This document shows positions 20,219 through 32,068 of a stretch of DNA of 64,000 nucleotides, piece after piece; position 1 is the first letter of the stretch, and each line of letters begins with the position of its first letter. The stretch is from contig CAVSHR010000012.1 in the NCBI GenBank assembly GCA_963727625.1, forward strand, positions 448,001-512,000. The letters are read 5' to 3'. The position numbers and the translations under genes were made by a program. Source of the stretch: an uncultured delta proteobacterium. Lineage in GTDB: Bacteria; Desulfobacterota; Binatia; UBA9968. The notes under the pieces are model-generated. The model searched no databases and was not told the origin of the DNA. It worked only from the letters and a program-made list of their open reading frames with translations.

Positions 20219-21616
20219 TCACAGCCCTAATTTGCCGGGATTCAAAATGTTGTTGGGGTCGAGGGTCTGCTTGATGTGGCGCATCACTTCCAAGCCATAA
20301 CCATGTTCCTCGGCCATTAGAGGCGCGAGCTTTATGCCAACGCCATGGGTGTATTCCATCGAGCCGCCCATTTGCTGGGCGAGACGAAGCAATTCCTCCA
20401 CGGTTTCTTGCAAGGCAAGCCGCGCGTTGGGCGTAGCCGCGCTCTCCTCGGCGCCGAGCCGCATGGAAAATAATTCCGGCTGCACCCACAAACCGTTCTC
20501 GTGCAAGCGCACGCCATGCCGGCGTACGACCCCCTGCGCCGCGCGTTTGTATTCAAGCACCTTAGACCCTGGCAGCGCGACGTGGATCCAATCACGATAG
20601 ACGCCGTCCCGGCCGCGCTCGCGGCGCTGGCGGCGGTTGCGCATGAAGCGGCGCGCGATGTCATGGCGTGCGAGCCAAAATTGTTCAGGTCCCTCTCGAG
20701 CTAAAGCTGCGCCGCCACCGGCTGTACATATCCGCTCGGCTAACACCTGCTCAGCCGATACCATCTCTTCGGTGCCCTCTAAAACCAGATACAACATCGA
20801 TCCCGGGGCATGCTTGTCCACGTCGTCGCCGAAGTCGAGCATCGCCGGCCGCAGGCGCGCTTCGAACAGCTGCTGAATCGCCTCGTATCCCGCTTCGAAG
20901 GAGGAAAACATGAAGCCCAGAAACCCCCGTGCCGCAGGCTTGGGAAAGATTCGAATCGTCGCCTCCGTGATGATGCCGAAACAGCCTTCGCCGCCGATTA
21001 GAAGACCGTTGAGATTCAAGCCGGCCGAATGTTTCGACACCGCACGCGTGCATAACAACTCGCCGTTGGGCAGCACCGCTTGCAATCCCAAAACCTGCTC
21101 GCCCATGGATCCGTAAATGGCCGCGCGATAGCCGACACTGTTAGTCGAGATCGCGCCGGCGACCGTCGCCACGGGTACCGTCCAAGGGTCGTGGCCGAGA
21201 ATGAAACCCACCTCGTTCAATTTCTGGTCCAAAGATTCCAAAACAACGCCGGCCTCGACCCGCGCCGCGCGCGCCAATGTATCGATTTCCAGAATCCGGT
21301 TCATGCCGCGCAAATCGACGGTCACGCAAGGGTGAATCGACAGCACCCCGCCCATCAGCCCCGAGCCGCCACCGAAGGGGACCAGGGCAATTTTTTCCTG
21401 ATTGGCAAACCGTACGATGCGTTGAACCTCGTCGGCGTTATGCGGCCGCACGGCGCAGAGCGGTGCGCGCACTTTGGGATCATGCGCCGGGTGGATCCGC
21501 CCCTCGCTCAAAGCATCCCACGACAGCTCGTCGAGCAGATCTGGATCGCGCGAAATATGCGCCGGATCGATCCAACTAGAAAGTCTATCGATAATTGCGT
21601 CCGCAGAAATACTCAT
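20219..21616 (-). CDS. FAD-linked oxidase (GlcD/alkyl-DHAP synthase-like)
   Basis: PFGGGSGLMGG, GHDP, GGEGCFGIIT, HGVG, DPNNILNPGK. Start taken at MSISADA. Confidence 0.85.
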   Translation of the reverse strand: MSISADAIIDRLSSWIDPAHISRDPDLLDELSWDALSEGRIHPAHDPKVRAPLCAVRPHNADEVQRIVRFANQEKIALVPFGGGSGLMGGVLSIHPCVTVDLRGMNRILEIDTLARAARVEAGVVLESLDQKLNEVGFILGHDPWTVPVATVAGAISTNSVGYRAAIYGSMGEQVLGLQAVLPNGELLCTRAVSKHSAGLNLNGLLIGGEGCFGIITEATIRIFPKPAARGFLGFMFSSFEAGYEAIQQLFEARLRPAMLDFGDDVDKHAPGSMLYLVLEGTEEMVSAEQVLAERICTAGGGAALAREGPEQFWLARHDIARRFMRNRRQRRERGRDGVYRDWIHVALPGSKVLEYKRAAQGVVRRHGVRLHENGLWVQPELFSMRLGAEESAATPNARLALQETVEELLRLAQQMGGSMEYTHGVGIKLAPLMAEEHGYGLEVMRHIKQTLDPNNILNPGKLGL

Positions 21617-21736
21617 GGCGATTTTTTCCCTGGGGCGTCGGAAATCATAGCGCAATCTCTCGGGTCGAGAAAGCACAATGCTGTCACACGAAGGCTTGGA
21701 ACTTGCCGATTGGAACTCGCGCACCACGGAGCCAAT

Positions 21737-23050
21737 TTAAAGCAACGTGCCTTCCAGGATCACCGCGGCGATAGTGAAATAAATAACTAAACCGGTCACG
21801 TCGACCAACGTGGCGACGAACGGTGCTGATGCACTGGCAGGGTCGAAGCCCAGACTACGCAGAATAAACGGCAGGATCGATCCCACCACCGAGCCCCACA
21901 GGACCACGCCGATCAGACTCAGGGCAACCGTCAAGGCGACCAGAAAATAATGATCGCCGTAAGCGTTGAACATATATTGCCAGAGAAGAATGCGGACGAG
22001 ACCGATCGAAGCAAGGATGGTACCCAAGCCGAAGCCGGTGATCACCTCACGCCGGATCACCCGCCACCAGTCGCGCAGTCGAACTTCGCCCAGAGCCATA
22101 GCGCGAATGACCAGCGTCGTCGCCTGCGAGCCGGAGTTGCCGCCGCTGCTGATGATCAGCGGAACGAACAACGCCAACACCACGGCGCGGGCGATCTCAG
22201 CTTGGAATTGTCCCATAGCAGTCGCGGTCAGCATTTCACCCAAAAACAATGCGGCCAGCCAACCGGCACGCTTGCGAATCATGCGCAACAAAGGCACCTG
22301 GAGATAGGGTTCCCCCAGCGTTTCCACGCCGCCGAGTTTTTGAATGTCCTCGGTCGCTTCCTCTTGGACGACGTCGACGATATCGTCGACGTTGACGACG
22401 CCTTTGATGCACCCCTCGGCGTCGACCACCGGCATCATGAGGAGATGATGGCGCATGAACAATTTGCTGAGCGCTTCCTGGTCGAGATCTTCTGGGACAG
22501 AAATGACCTCCGTACGCATGACGTCGCGCACCAGCTTATCTCCGGGCGACACCAGCAAATCGCGAAACGAAGCCACACCGAGCAGATGTTCCTCGGCATC
22601 GACAACAAAAACGTAATAGACGGTTTTTTCCCGGGTTCGCGCGTCCCTACGCAGGTAGCTAATCGCCTCGTCCACCGTCATCGTGGCGCGCAGGCGGGAG
22701 TAACGCGTGTTCATCAACCCGCCGGCTTCGTCTTCGGCGTAGTCGAGCAGCCCCTTGACCTCCCGCTTCATGGGATCCTCGAGGAGCGAAAGAAAATTCT
22801 CGCGTTCTTCTGCGAGCGCTTCTTGAATGACGTCGGCGGCATCGTCAGGCGCGAGTAGACGCATCCACAAGCGCTGCTCACCGGTCGGAAGTGTCGACAA
22901 GAGTTGGGCACGATCGCGCGCGCTCAGCTGCAGGAAAAAACTGTCAGCGTCGTTGCGCCCGAGATATTCAAACCCCTCGACGCGCTCTGGCAACGAGAGC
23001 ACCGGCCAGGCCTCATAGAGCTCCGCAGGTGAAAAATTTCGCTCTGCCAT
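21737..23050 (-). CDS. mgtE: Magnesium transporter MgtE
   Basis: EDEAGGLM, CBS pair, EEATEDI, GGNSGSQ, DPASASAPFVATLVDVTG. Confidence 0.95.
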   Translation of the reverse strand: MAERNFSPAELYEAWPVLSLPERVEGFEYLGRNDADSFFLQLSARDRAQLLSTLPTGEQRLWMRLLAPDDAADVIQEALAEERENFLSLLEDPMKREVKGLLDYAEDEAGGLMNTRYSRLRATMTVDEAISYLRRDARTREKTVYYVFVVDAEEHLLGVASFRDLLVSPGDKLVRDVMRTEVISVPEDLDQEALSKLFMRHHLLMMPVVDAEGCIKGVVNVDDIVDVVQEEATEDIQKLGGVETLGEPYLQVPLLRMIRKRAGWLAALFLGEMLTATAMGQFQAEIARAVVLALFVPLIISSGGNSGSQATTLVIRAMALGEVRLRDWWRVIRREVITGFGLGTILASIGLVRILLWQYMFNAYGDHYFLVALTVALSLIGVVLWGSVVGSILPFILRSLGFDPASASAPFVATLVDVTGLVIYFTIAAVILEGTLL

Positions 23051-23394
23051 TGCTGTAAACCCCCCGACACAACCGAAGACCTCACATAGGTAACATATCG
23101 CAAAGATGGCGCAAACCGGCGGGGGTTTAATGAACGAAGATGGGCACAACCTTAGCGAAAGGCACCAGAGGATTTGTTTTTAGTGTCATGGAAAATAGCG
23201 GGACGCCGTGCCGTTCAGTCAAATCGCCGACGCGGTATCTCGCGAAACATCATGGGTGCCTCCACAGGTGATCGAGCAGGCCGACATGGCTCAGATTCGT
23301 TACCAATCGCCGCATCCGGTTAGCGCCTACGGATCTAAACAGCCAGCCCATTTGATACGGCATTGGGAGCGGGTTAAGGTCGCTCCTAAACAGC

Positions 23395-24261
23395 ATGCTT
23401 GCCATCCTTCTCGGTCTCTTCGGTTCCTTCTGGTTCGCGGTTTCGATGATTTTGATCAACCGCGGCCTGCTGTCCGTAGACTATTTCCGCGGCCTGCTCG
23501 CCAATCTCGGCGTCAATGCTCTTTTTCTTTGGATTTACGTTTTGTTGTTCACCGAGCGGATCGACCTCTGGGCGCCGGCCAATCTGCTGTTCGTGCTGAT
23601 CGGCATCTTCGTTCCCGGCGTCGCGCGCTATTTCATTTTCAAAGGCATGGACAGACTCGGTGCGTCCATCTCATCGTGCTTGACTAACAGCAGCCCGCTG
23701 TTTGCCACGATTTTCGCGGTGGCCTTTCTCCAGGAGCACCCGAGCGTAACCAATCTCCTGGGGACACTTTCCATCGTCTCCGGTATCGCCTCGCTCTCCT
23801 GGCGCGGATCGAACAAGACGTGGCGCACCAAAGACTTGCTCTTTCCGCTCACAGCGGCCTTCCTGTTCGCCGCCCGCGATAACGTCGTCCGCGTCGGCGT
23901 GGTCCACATCAACTCGCCGATCCTCGGCGCAGCCATTGCCGCCACCACGTCGTTCGCCACCATGCTGCTCATGTACTTGGCTTTTGAGAAGAAGAAACCA
24001 CTCGCAGCATCGGCATTGCAGGGGCTGAAATTGTTCAGCGCCGCCGGCTTCATGAACTTTCTTTCTTACGCGTTTATCTTCACAGCACTTAGCATGGAGC
24101 GGGTGTCCATCCTCTCGCCCTTGGTCAACGCCTCATCCCTGTTCGTCGTGCCGCTCTCGGCGTTCTTTCTAAAAGGCGTCGAACAGCTCACGCCGAGAAA
24201 AATCGGCGCGGTGCCTTTGGTGATTCTCGGAGTATTTTTGATCGCGTGGGAAAAACTCTAA
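23395..24261 (+). CDS. EamA/DMT family transporter
   Basis: About 10 TM helices in two repeats (SPLFATIFAVAFLQE; SSLFVVPLSAFFLKGVE). Confidence 0.85.
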   Translation: MLAILLGLFGSFWFAVSMILINRGLLSVDYFRGLLANLGVNALFLWIYVLLFTERIDLWAPANLLFVLIGIFVPGVARYFIFKGMDRLGASISSCLTNSSPLFATIFAVAFLQEHPSVTNLLGTLSIVSGIASLSWRGSNKTWRTKDLLFPLTAAFLFAARDNVVRVGVVHINSPILGAAIAATTSFATMLLMYLAFEKKKPLAASALQGLKLFSAAGFMNFLSYAFIFTALSMERVSILSPLVNASSLFVVPLSAFFLKGVEQLTPRKIGAVPLVILGVFLIAWEKL

Positions 24262-24375
24262 CGGCTTTGCGCGCATGTCAGTGCGACAGGACACCCGTGA
24301 CGATCATGAGCCGCATCGATCGTCCTTACGGCTATGCGGCTCCCTACAGCCACCGAAGCCAACGGGCCATCAAAC

Positions 24376-25098
24376 TCAGTGAAACGTCGGACCACCGGAG
24401 TCGTCATCCTTGCCTCCAGGGACAATTTTGAAGCGACGCTTGAGCCGATCGAGCCGGCGGCGATCGAGATAGTCTTTGAAGCGATCCCAGGGATTGAACC
24501 CGCGCAAATAAATATAACCGAACACCATGCCGCCGAGATGGGCCAGGTGGGCGATCCCGCTGTGGCCTGATTGCATCGCAGAATAGAGCGCAATGGCTCC
24601 GATGATCATTACAAAATATTTTATCTTTATGGGAATCAAAAAATAGAAATAAACGATGCGGTTCGGATAGATCAAGCCATAGGCGAGTAAAATGCCATAG
24701 ACGCCGGCCGAGGCGCCGATACTCGGTCCCATTTGACCCGGAGCAAAAATGGTGTTGAGAATGCCGCCGCCGATGACCGAAACGAAGTAGTAACGCAGAA
24801 AAAAATTGCTTCCCCAGCGCCGTTCTAGATCGCAGCCAAACATCCACACCGCGAGCATATTAAAGAGTATGTGAAATATTCCCCCGTGCAAGAATTGGTA
24901 AGTAAATAGCTGCCAGATGTAAAGATCCCCTATGACCCGCTGCGGCACTAGACCGAAGTAGCGACTGAATTCGTAATCGAGATTCGTACCAACGATGGTC
25001 TGTAAAATGAAGACCGCGGTATTGGCGATGAGGAGAAACTTGATCGCGGGCGTCACCGCGCCCGGGCCGAAGATCATCTGTCGGGTCTGGTATTGCAC
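24376..25098 (-). CDS. Rhomboid family intramembrane serine protease
   Basis: WQLFTYQFLHG, HILFNM, GASAG (catalytic Ser), AHLAHLGG (catalytic His). Confidence 0.92.
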   Translation of the reverse strand: MQYQTRQMIFGPGAVTPAIKFLLIANTAVFILQTIVGTNLDYEFSRYFGLVPQRVIGDLYIWQLFTYQFLHGGIFHILFNMLAVWMFGCDLERRWGSNFFLRYYFVSVIGGGILNTIFAPGQMGPSIGASAGVYGILLAYGLIYPNRIVYFYFLIPIKIKYFVMIIGAIALYSAMQSGHSGIAHLAHLGGMVFGYIYLRGFNPWDRFKDYLDRRRLDRLKRRFKIVPGGKDDDSGGPTFH

Positions 25099-25151
25099 TG
25101 GGTTTGAGTTTAACCGTTCGGCGGCGCCGATTAAAGACGGCGACGATGAAT

Positions 25152-25839
25152 TTATCCACCCAAGTAGGCCTGGCGGACAAGATCGTTACCAGCCAATTCG
25201 CTGGCCGTACCTTCAAGAATCACGTTGCCGGTTTCCAGGACATAGCCGCGGTGCGATATCGCCAGCGCCATGGCGGCGTTTTGTTCTACCAGCAAAACGG
25301 TTACGCCGCTGTCGTTGATCGCGCGGATGTCCTCGAGAATTTGCTCGACGATCTTCGGCGCCAGTCCCATGGACGGCTCGTCGAGGAGGAGGAGCTTAGG
25401 TTTGGCCATCAGTGCCCGACCGATGGCGAGCATTTGCTGTTCACCGCCGGAGAGGGTGCCCGCGTATTGCTTCTGGCGCTCCCTCAAGCGAGGAAACATT
25501 TGGAAAACGAAATCCAACTCCGGCCCGAGTGCGCTTTGATGACGCGCGTAGCCGCCAATCTTGAGATTTTCCAACACGGTAAAGCGCGGGAAAACCTTGC
25601 GGCCCTCCGGCACATGGGCGATGCCCCGCCGCACGATCTCGTGGCTATCGATCTTGTGCAACGCTTCGTTTTCGAGCTGCACCGAACCGCGGACCGGCCG
25701 CAACAAACCGGACAGGGTTTTTAGCGTGGTGGTTTTGCCCGCGCCGTTGGCGCCAAGCAACGTCACCAATTCGCCCTGCTGGACGGCGAACGACACCCCT
25801 TTCAGAGCGTGGATCGCGCCGTAGCAGACGTGGATATCG

Positions 25840-25853
<14 letters not shown>
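25152..25853 (-). CDS. livF: Branched-chain amino acid ABC ATPase
   Basis: GANGAGKTT, HVPEGR, LSGGEQQM, DEPSMGLAP, VEQN. Confidence 0.92.
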
Positions 25854-26625
<772 letters not shown>

Positions 26626-26626
26626 A

Positions 26627-27874
26627 CTAATCCTTGCGCTCCCGGCCCGGCGGCAAAACTCCCTGCGGGCGAAAGATCATCATCAAAATCAATATCAAAC
26701 CGAACACCATGCGCTCGTATTTCGCCGGCTCGAACTGGACCGGCAGCTGGCTGAGCGGGTAGCTGCCGAGCAACGGAATCGTCAGCACCGCCCCCGACTG
26801 GCGCAGGCCGTTAAGCCAGAGCGACATCCCTTTGAGCAACTGCAAATTGAGAATTGTGACACCGGTGGCGCCGAGCACGGCGCCCGGGATGGAACCCATG
26901 CCGCCGAGAATGACCATCGCCAGGACACCGATGGATTCCATGAATGTAAAGCTCTCCGGATTGATGAAGACCTGCTTGGCGGCGAACAACACGCCGACGG
27001 CGGAGGCTAAGGACGCGCCGACGGCACAACCGAGCAACTTCATGCGCACCACCGGCACGCCCATCGCCGAGGCGGCGACCTCGTCTTCGCGGATTGCCTT
27101 CCAGGCCCGGCCGATGCGGGAATTTTCCAGCCGCCGCGTAGCCACGACGATTACGCAAACGATGATCAAAATCAAAAAATAAAAATACAGCGGATAGAGC
27201 TTCGCCTCGGGGACTTGCACGTTGAAGAATTCCAGCAGCGGTTGAAAAAATAACGGCGGCTTGGAAATCGGCGAGATGCCGCGCGGGCCGTTGGTGAGAT
27301 TGACCGGCTTGTCGAGATTGTTCACCAGCGCGCGCACCACTTCGGCGAAACCAAGGGTGACGATGGCGAGATAGTCGCCGCGCACGCGCATCACCGGCAG
27401 GCCCAACAGAAACCCGGTCACGGCGCCAATGGCGACGCTCAGGAGCAAGAATGGAAAAAACCAATTGGCTGAGAGCGGGAATAAACCGCCGGCGATAAAT
27501 TCGTTGGCCTGCGGCGAGCCGAAGATCGCCCAGAGATAGGCGCCGATGGCGTAGAAGGCGACAAAGCCCAAATTGAGCAGGCCGACGAAGCCGACAACGA
27601 TGTTGAGACCTAGCGCCAGCGCGACATAGATGCCGATCTGGATCGCCACTTCGAGATAGTAGCCGTTCAACCAGCCGAGCACTGGCAGCAACACCCCGAG
27701 CAAGAGCGCGCCGAGGATATATTTAACCTTGCGCGGCGCCGCGACGTAGTAAATCAAGAGCAGCGAGGCTTCGACGGCCAGGAAAGCGAGAACCGATTGG
27801 GGAAAGAAAAACGCGAGCAGGCAACTGGCAACAATATAGCCGCACAGAGACAACACAGTGAGAAAACGGTTCAC
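26627..27874 (-). CDS. livM: Branched-chain amino acid ABC permease
   Basis: LGLNIVVGFVGLL, RGDYLAIVTLGFAE, AIREDEVAA, GGMGS. Confidence 0.92.
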   Translation of the reverse strand: MNRFLTVLSLCGYIVASCLLAFFFPQSVLAFLAVEASLLLIYYVAAPRKVKYILGALLLGVLLPVLGWLNGYYLEVAIQIGIYVALALGLNIVVGFVGLLNLGFVAFYAIGAYLWAIFGSPQANEFIAGGLFPLSANWFFPFLLLSVAIGAVTGFLLGLPVMRVRGDYLAIVTLGFAEVVRALVNNLDKPVNLTNGPRGISPISKPPLFFQPLLEFFNVQVPEAKLYPLYFYFLILIIVCVIVVATRRLENSRIGRAWKAIREDEVAASAMGVPVVRMKLLGCAVGASLASAVGVLFAAKQVFINPESFTFMESIGVLAMVILGGMGSIPGAVLGATGVTILNLQLLKGMSLWLNGLRQSGAVLTIPLLGSYPLSQLPVQFEPAKYERMVFGLILILMMIFRPQGVLPPGRERKD

Positions 27875-28839
27875 GCCTTGCTCTCCCGTACCGTCTCTCC
27901 GAGCAGCCCTTTGGGACGAAAGATCAGGATGAGTATCAAGACCAAGAAAGCAACGACGTCTTTATACTCGGCGCCAAAAGCACCGTTCGTCAATAAGGAA
28001 AGATAAGAAGCTGCGAACGCCTCCAACAAACCGAGCATCATGCCGCCCACCATGGCGCCTGGGATGTTGCCGATGCCGCCGAGCACCGCCGCGGTGAAGG
28101 CTTTCATGCCGGGGATGAAACCGGTGTAAGGATTGACCAGGCTATAGTGGATGCCAAAAAGCACGCCGGCCAACCCGCCCAAGGCACCGCCGACAAAAAA
28201 CGTCAGCGCGATGACCCGATGAACCGGCACGCCCATCAGCGAAGCGGTGTCTGGATCTTGCGCCACGGCGCGAATCGCCATGCCCATTTTGGTCCGGTTG
28301 ACGAAGTAAGACAGCCCCGCCAGCGTCAACAACGCCATGACGATCACAAGCATCGATTTTACCGGAATCACCAGACTCGCAGTGATCGGCAGAGTCCGGT
28401 CGAGAAACTCCAGACTGGGATAGTTCAGATAAAATGTGTTGCGCCACAGACTTTCGAAAAGGCGCAGACTATCTTGCAAAAAAAATGACGCACCGATCGC
28501 CGAAATCAATGCCACCAGACGCGGGCCGCCGAGGAGGGGGCGGTAGGCGACGCGCTCTAGGGCCATCGCCGCGACGCCGCTGATCACCATCGCGGTAACG
28601 ATGACGAGAAACAATACGACCGCCGGATGGAGCGTGCCGAGGTAGCCCGAGCTCTGCAGCGACAACATCACTTCGACGCCGACAAAGGCGCCGAGCACAA
28701 AGATCTCGCTATGGGCGAAGTTAATAAACTCCAAGACGCCGTACACCATGGTATAGCCCAAGGCGATCAGCGCGTACATGAAGCCCAAGACGACGCCGTC
28801 CAGGAGAACTTGAGGCAGAATTTCCAGTGCGAGTTCCAA
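27871..28839 (-). CDS. livH: Branched-chain amino acid ABC permease
   Basis: YALIALGYTMVYG, INFAH, KAFTAAVLGGIG. Confidence 0.92.
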   Translation of the reverse strand: MELALEILPQVLLDGVVLGFMYALIALGYTMVYGVLEFINFAHSEIFVLGAFVGVEVMLSLQSSGYLGTLHPAVVLFLVIVTAMVISGVAAMALERVAYRPLLGGPRLVALISAIGASFFLQDSLRLFESLWRNTFYLNYPSLEFLDRTLPITASLVIPVKSMLVIVMALLTLAGLSYFVNRTKMGMAIRAVAQDPDTASLMGVPVHRVIALTFFVGGALGGLAGVLFGIHYSLVNPYTGFIPGMKAFTAAVLGGIGNIPGAMVGGMMLGLLEAFAASYLSLLTNGAFGAEYKDVVAFLVLILILIFRPKGLLGETVRESKA

Positions 28840-29055
28840 AGCGCTGTTGACCCTTCAAAGGCCGTCATGCTAACAAATAGTCGCCGCCGTCGCCACTATT
28901 ACGCCGGCGCATTTCGCAAATCGCCGTCTGATGGGCAACGACAATGACGCAAGCCTAATGATTCACGGCTGACAGTCGACGCCGGCACGGCCAAATGCTT
29001 TTGCGAATCCAACCGAGCCCGCGGCGGAACGACGGATAAACTTGCCGGCGATTCT

Positions 29056-29083
29056 TTGGAAACAAGGGCCGATCGCGTATAAT
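29056..29083 (+). promoter_or_regulatory. Probable sigma70 promoter for the AsmA-family gene
   Basis: TTGGAA-N16-TATAAT, ending 22 nt upstream of ATG 29106. Confidence 0.5.
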
Positions 29084-29105
29084 AAGCGCAACAAAGAATT
29101 GTAAT

Positions 29106-30680
29106 ATGCCGGACGCAGTTTCATCGCCGACCCTAGCTTTGCCGTCGTGGAGCTACAAGATCAAACGAGTGGCGTGGATTGCGCTCGGGGTCCTCACCTT
29201 CATATTCGCGGTCATCTTGATCGTGCCCCATTTCGTCGACCTTGGATTATTCAAGAGCACTTATCTGCCACGCGTCGAGGAGGCACTTAATCGCCATCTC
29301 GACATCGGCGAGGTTCGGCTGAGCCTCGTGCCCTCGCCGTCGATCCGCTTGTCTAACTTAAAAGTATTCGACGGCCCGGCTTTTGCGAACAACACCTTCT
29401 TCTCGGCGCAGCAAGTCCAATTGCGTCTCAGGCTCTGGCCGCTCTTGCATGGCCGCTTCGAAGTTTCCGAGCTGGTGCTCGACAAGCCGATTTTCAATTT
29501 ATTAAAGAAGCCGGACGGCACGATCCATTATTCCGATATCGCGGGCAAGAATACGGCGCCGGTCAGCCGGCGCGACGTGAGAAGACGGACCGTGGCGCCG
29601 CGCGCGGTCGAAACCGCCGCCCCGCCGCTGTTGATTCCCGGCAAAATGAGGGTCCGCGACGGCGAGCTCAACGTGGTCACCAAAGGGCAAGCACCGGTCA
29701 AAATCAAAGGCATCGATCTGTCGCTCCGCGAGTTTTCCAGTGACGCGCCGTTTCCGTTTCGCGCTTCGTTCAGCTATCCCGGGCTCAGGACCGTAACCTT
29801 GGAAGGCGAGCTGAATTATCAGGAAGACAAAGCACTTCTCGATCTCAAGAATAGTCGGATTAAAATTCAGGACCTGACTCTGCCCGTGCAGGGCAGCGTG
29901 AGCAATCTATCGGGTACGCCGCGGGTCAACCTCAATCTCAACACGGGTGATGTTGACGCCAAGCCGGTCTTTCAGATTCTGTCGGTTTTCGGTCTGGCGC
30001 CGCGTGACACCGAGATTTCCGGCCCCATGGGTTTGTCCGTGAACGTCGCCGGTCCTTCGACCGGTTTGGTGACTCAGGTTCGCGGCCGATTCAAGGATGT
30101 CAAAGTCGACGGCAAGCGCGCCTTAAAAGGCAACCTCAGCGGCGAAGTTTTGATCACCCTGCCCTTGGGAAGCGGACCCGTGAGCGGGCGACTGCGGGGC
30201 AACGGAAAATTGACCGCGCGCGACGGCGAGCTCACCAACGTCAATCTGATCAAAAAGATCGAGCGGGTCACCGGCATGATCGGCTTGTCGAAAGACGAGC
30301 GGCGCCAAGCCACCACGTTCAAAACGCTGGAAGCGGATTTTCTGATCGGCGGCGGCTATGCCGAATTTACTCGCCTTTACCTGGTCAATCCGCAGATGGA
30401 AGTCACCGGCAACGGCACGATGACCATCGAACAGCCGACCCTGGACATGGCGATCAGCACGGCGCTCGCGCCGCAGGCTTCGGCGCGCGCGGGGCGCGGC
30501 CGGATGACAAATTTTTTCAAGGACAAGCAAGGACGAATCGTCGTGCCGTTGAAAGTCACCGGTCTGGTGGAAAACCCGTCGGTCAACTTGAACACCGGCA
30601 AGCTCGCCGAGTCGGGAGTACCTCAAAATATCGAGCAGGGATTCAGCTCCTTCTTCAAACGGCTGTTCCGCAGCCGTTGA
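29106..30680 (+). CDS. AsmA family protein
   Basis: N-terminal TM anchor, AsmA-like N-domain (LRLWPLLHGRFEVSELVL), beta-rich body, C-terminal VPLKVTGLVENPSV. Confidence 0.85.
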   Translation: MPDAVSSPTLALPSWSYKIKRVAWIALGVLTFIFAVILIVPHFVDLGLFKSTYLPRVEEALNRHLDIGEVRLSLVPSPSIRLSNLKVFDGPAFANNTFFSAQQVQLRLRLWPLLHGRFEVSELVLDKPIFNLLKKPDGTIHYSDIAGKNTAPVSRRDVRRRTVAPRAVETAAPPLLIPGKMRVRDGELNVVTKGQAPVKIKGIDLSLREFSSDAPFPFRASFSYPGLRTVTLEGELNYQEDKALLDLKNSRIKIQDLTLPVQGSVSNLSGTPRVNLNLNTGDVDAKPVFQILSVFGLAPRDTEISGPMGLSVNVAGPSTGLVTQVRGRFKDVKVDGKRALKGNLSGEVLITLPLGSGPVSGRLRGNGKLTARDGELTNVNLIKKIERVTGMIGLSKDERRQATTFKTLEADFLIGGGYAEFTRLYLVNPQMEVTGNGTMTIEQPTLDMAISTALAPQASARAGRGRMTNFFKDKQGRIVVPLKVTGLVENPSVNLNTGKLAESGVPQNIEQGFSSFFKRLFRSR

Positions 30681-30700
30681 TGGGAAACTCCCGAACGCGA

Positions 30701-32068
30701 TCAACGGCGCCGTTCAGGCGGGCTGAGGCTCACGATCAAGGCTTGCAAATTTTTCCCTTCGAGCGCTTGCGCAGCGCTCTGATCCACGTCGGCTAACAAC
30801 TCATCGATGGCGTCTTCTTCCTTACTGCGCTCACCTTCGATGCGGACGCCTTTGCCGGCGTTTTTCACGCAATTTAAAATATCTTTAATGCCGATGGTCT
30901 CCGGATCGCGGCCCAAGACGTAGGTGTCTTCATGGGCCAAGGGCAGCACGAGTTTAGACTGCGCGAACATGACCATAAACTCTTGAACGATGCCGGCGGG
31001 CAGGCGCAGTCGCGCGCCGATCTCAGCAACGCCCATGGGATCGAGTCCGTGATAAAAATTGCGCCCGATCAGCAGCATCATGTGCAGTGCCAACTTCTCG
31101 CGCCCCGCCGGACTCTGCGCCAAGAGCTCCCGGTCGCCGAGAAAGTAATTGATATGCTGGTGCGCATAACTTACCTGCGCGCCCAATAAGACGATCACCC
31201 ACCCGACGTGGAGCCAAAGTAGAAAGAGCAATAGAATGGCGAAGCTAGAATAGATGACGTAATAGCGCGTCGATGAAGCCACGAACACGGCGAAACCCCA
31301 ACCGACAGTTTGCCAAAGAATCGCCGCCACCAAGCCGCCCACCAATGCCGAACGCAAGCGGACCCGCGTGTTCGGTATGAACATGTAAACGAACGTGAAA
31401 GCGGCCCAAAGCGTCAGATAAGGAACCAACTGGAGCAGAATGAGGATCACCGTACCGAGCGCCTGCAGTGACAAGAGGGCTTGGACGATGGCGGTGTTCT
31501 GCAACGTCGCGGTAATCGTCACTGCGGCGAACACCAGCACCGGACCGACGAGAATAGCGCTCAAGTAATCGCTGAAGCGGCGCGCCAGCTTGCGCGGCGC
31601 CTTGACGCGCCAGATGTGATTGAACGCCTCCTCGATGGTGCCCATCAGCGACAGAACGGTAATGAATAAAGTCACTAAACCGACGCTGCCCAACGCCCCG
31701 GCGCTCATTTTGTTGACGAAGCCGATCAAGTGGGCGGTAATTTCTTGACCCTTTTCGCCGAGCGGCGACAGCGCTTCGAGCAGAGCCGGCTCCATGCGAT
31801 TGTGCACACCGAATGCTTTGAGAAGTGAAAACACCACCGCCAACAAGGGCGCGAGGGACAAGAGCGTCTTGAAAGCCAGCGCCATCGCCTGGAGCTTCAC
31901 CAAGTTTTGAATGAAATCGTGCGCGACCATGACGACGATTTTCAGCACCAAACGGATCAATCGTGTGAAGCGGCTGACTTCCGATACATCGCTCGTAAGC
32001 AGTTGATCGAAGACTCTCTGCTTCATTGTTCTGATCGACCGATTTCGCTGTTGGGCGGCTGGGCTCAT
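30701..32068 (-). CDS. YihY/BrkB family membrane protein with C-terminal Rrf2-like winged helix
   Basis: ALAFKTLLSLAP, IEEAFNHIW, IYSSFAIL, LLGAQ, plus soluble tail YVLGRDPETIGIKDIL. Start may be 32026. Confidence 0.85.
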   Translation of the reverse strand: MSPAAQQRNRSIRTMKQRVFDQLLTSDVSEVSRFTRLIRLVLKIVVMVAHDFIQNLVKLQAMALAFKTLLSLAPLLAVVFSLLKAFGVHNRMEPALLEALSPLGEKGQEITAHLIGFVNKMSAGALGSVGLVTLFITVLSLMGTIEEAFNHIWRVKAPRKLARRFSDYLSAILVGPVLVFAAVTITATLQNTAIVQALLSLQALGTVILILLQLVPYLTLWAAFTFVYMFIPNTRVRLRSALVGGLVAAILWQTVGWGFAVFVASSTRYYVIYSSFAILLLFLLWLHVGWVIVLLGAQVSYAHQHINYFLGDRELLAQSPAGREKLALHMMLLIGRNFYHGLDPMGVAEIGARLRLPAGIVQEFMVMFAQSKLVLPLAHEDTYVLGRDPETIGIKDILNCVKNAGKGVRIEGERSKEEDAIDELLADVDQSAAQALEGKNLQALIVSLSPPERRR

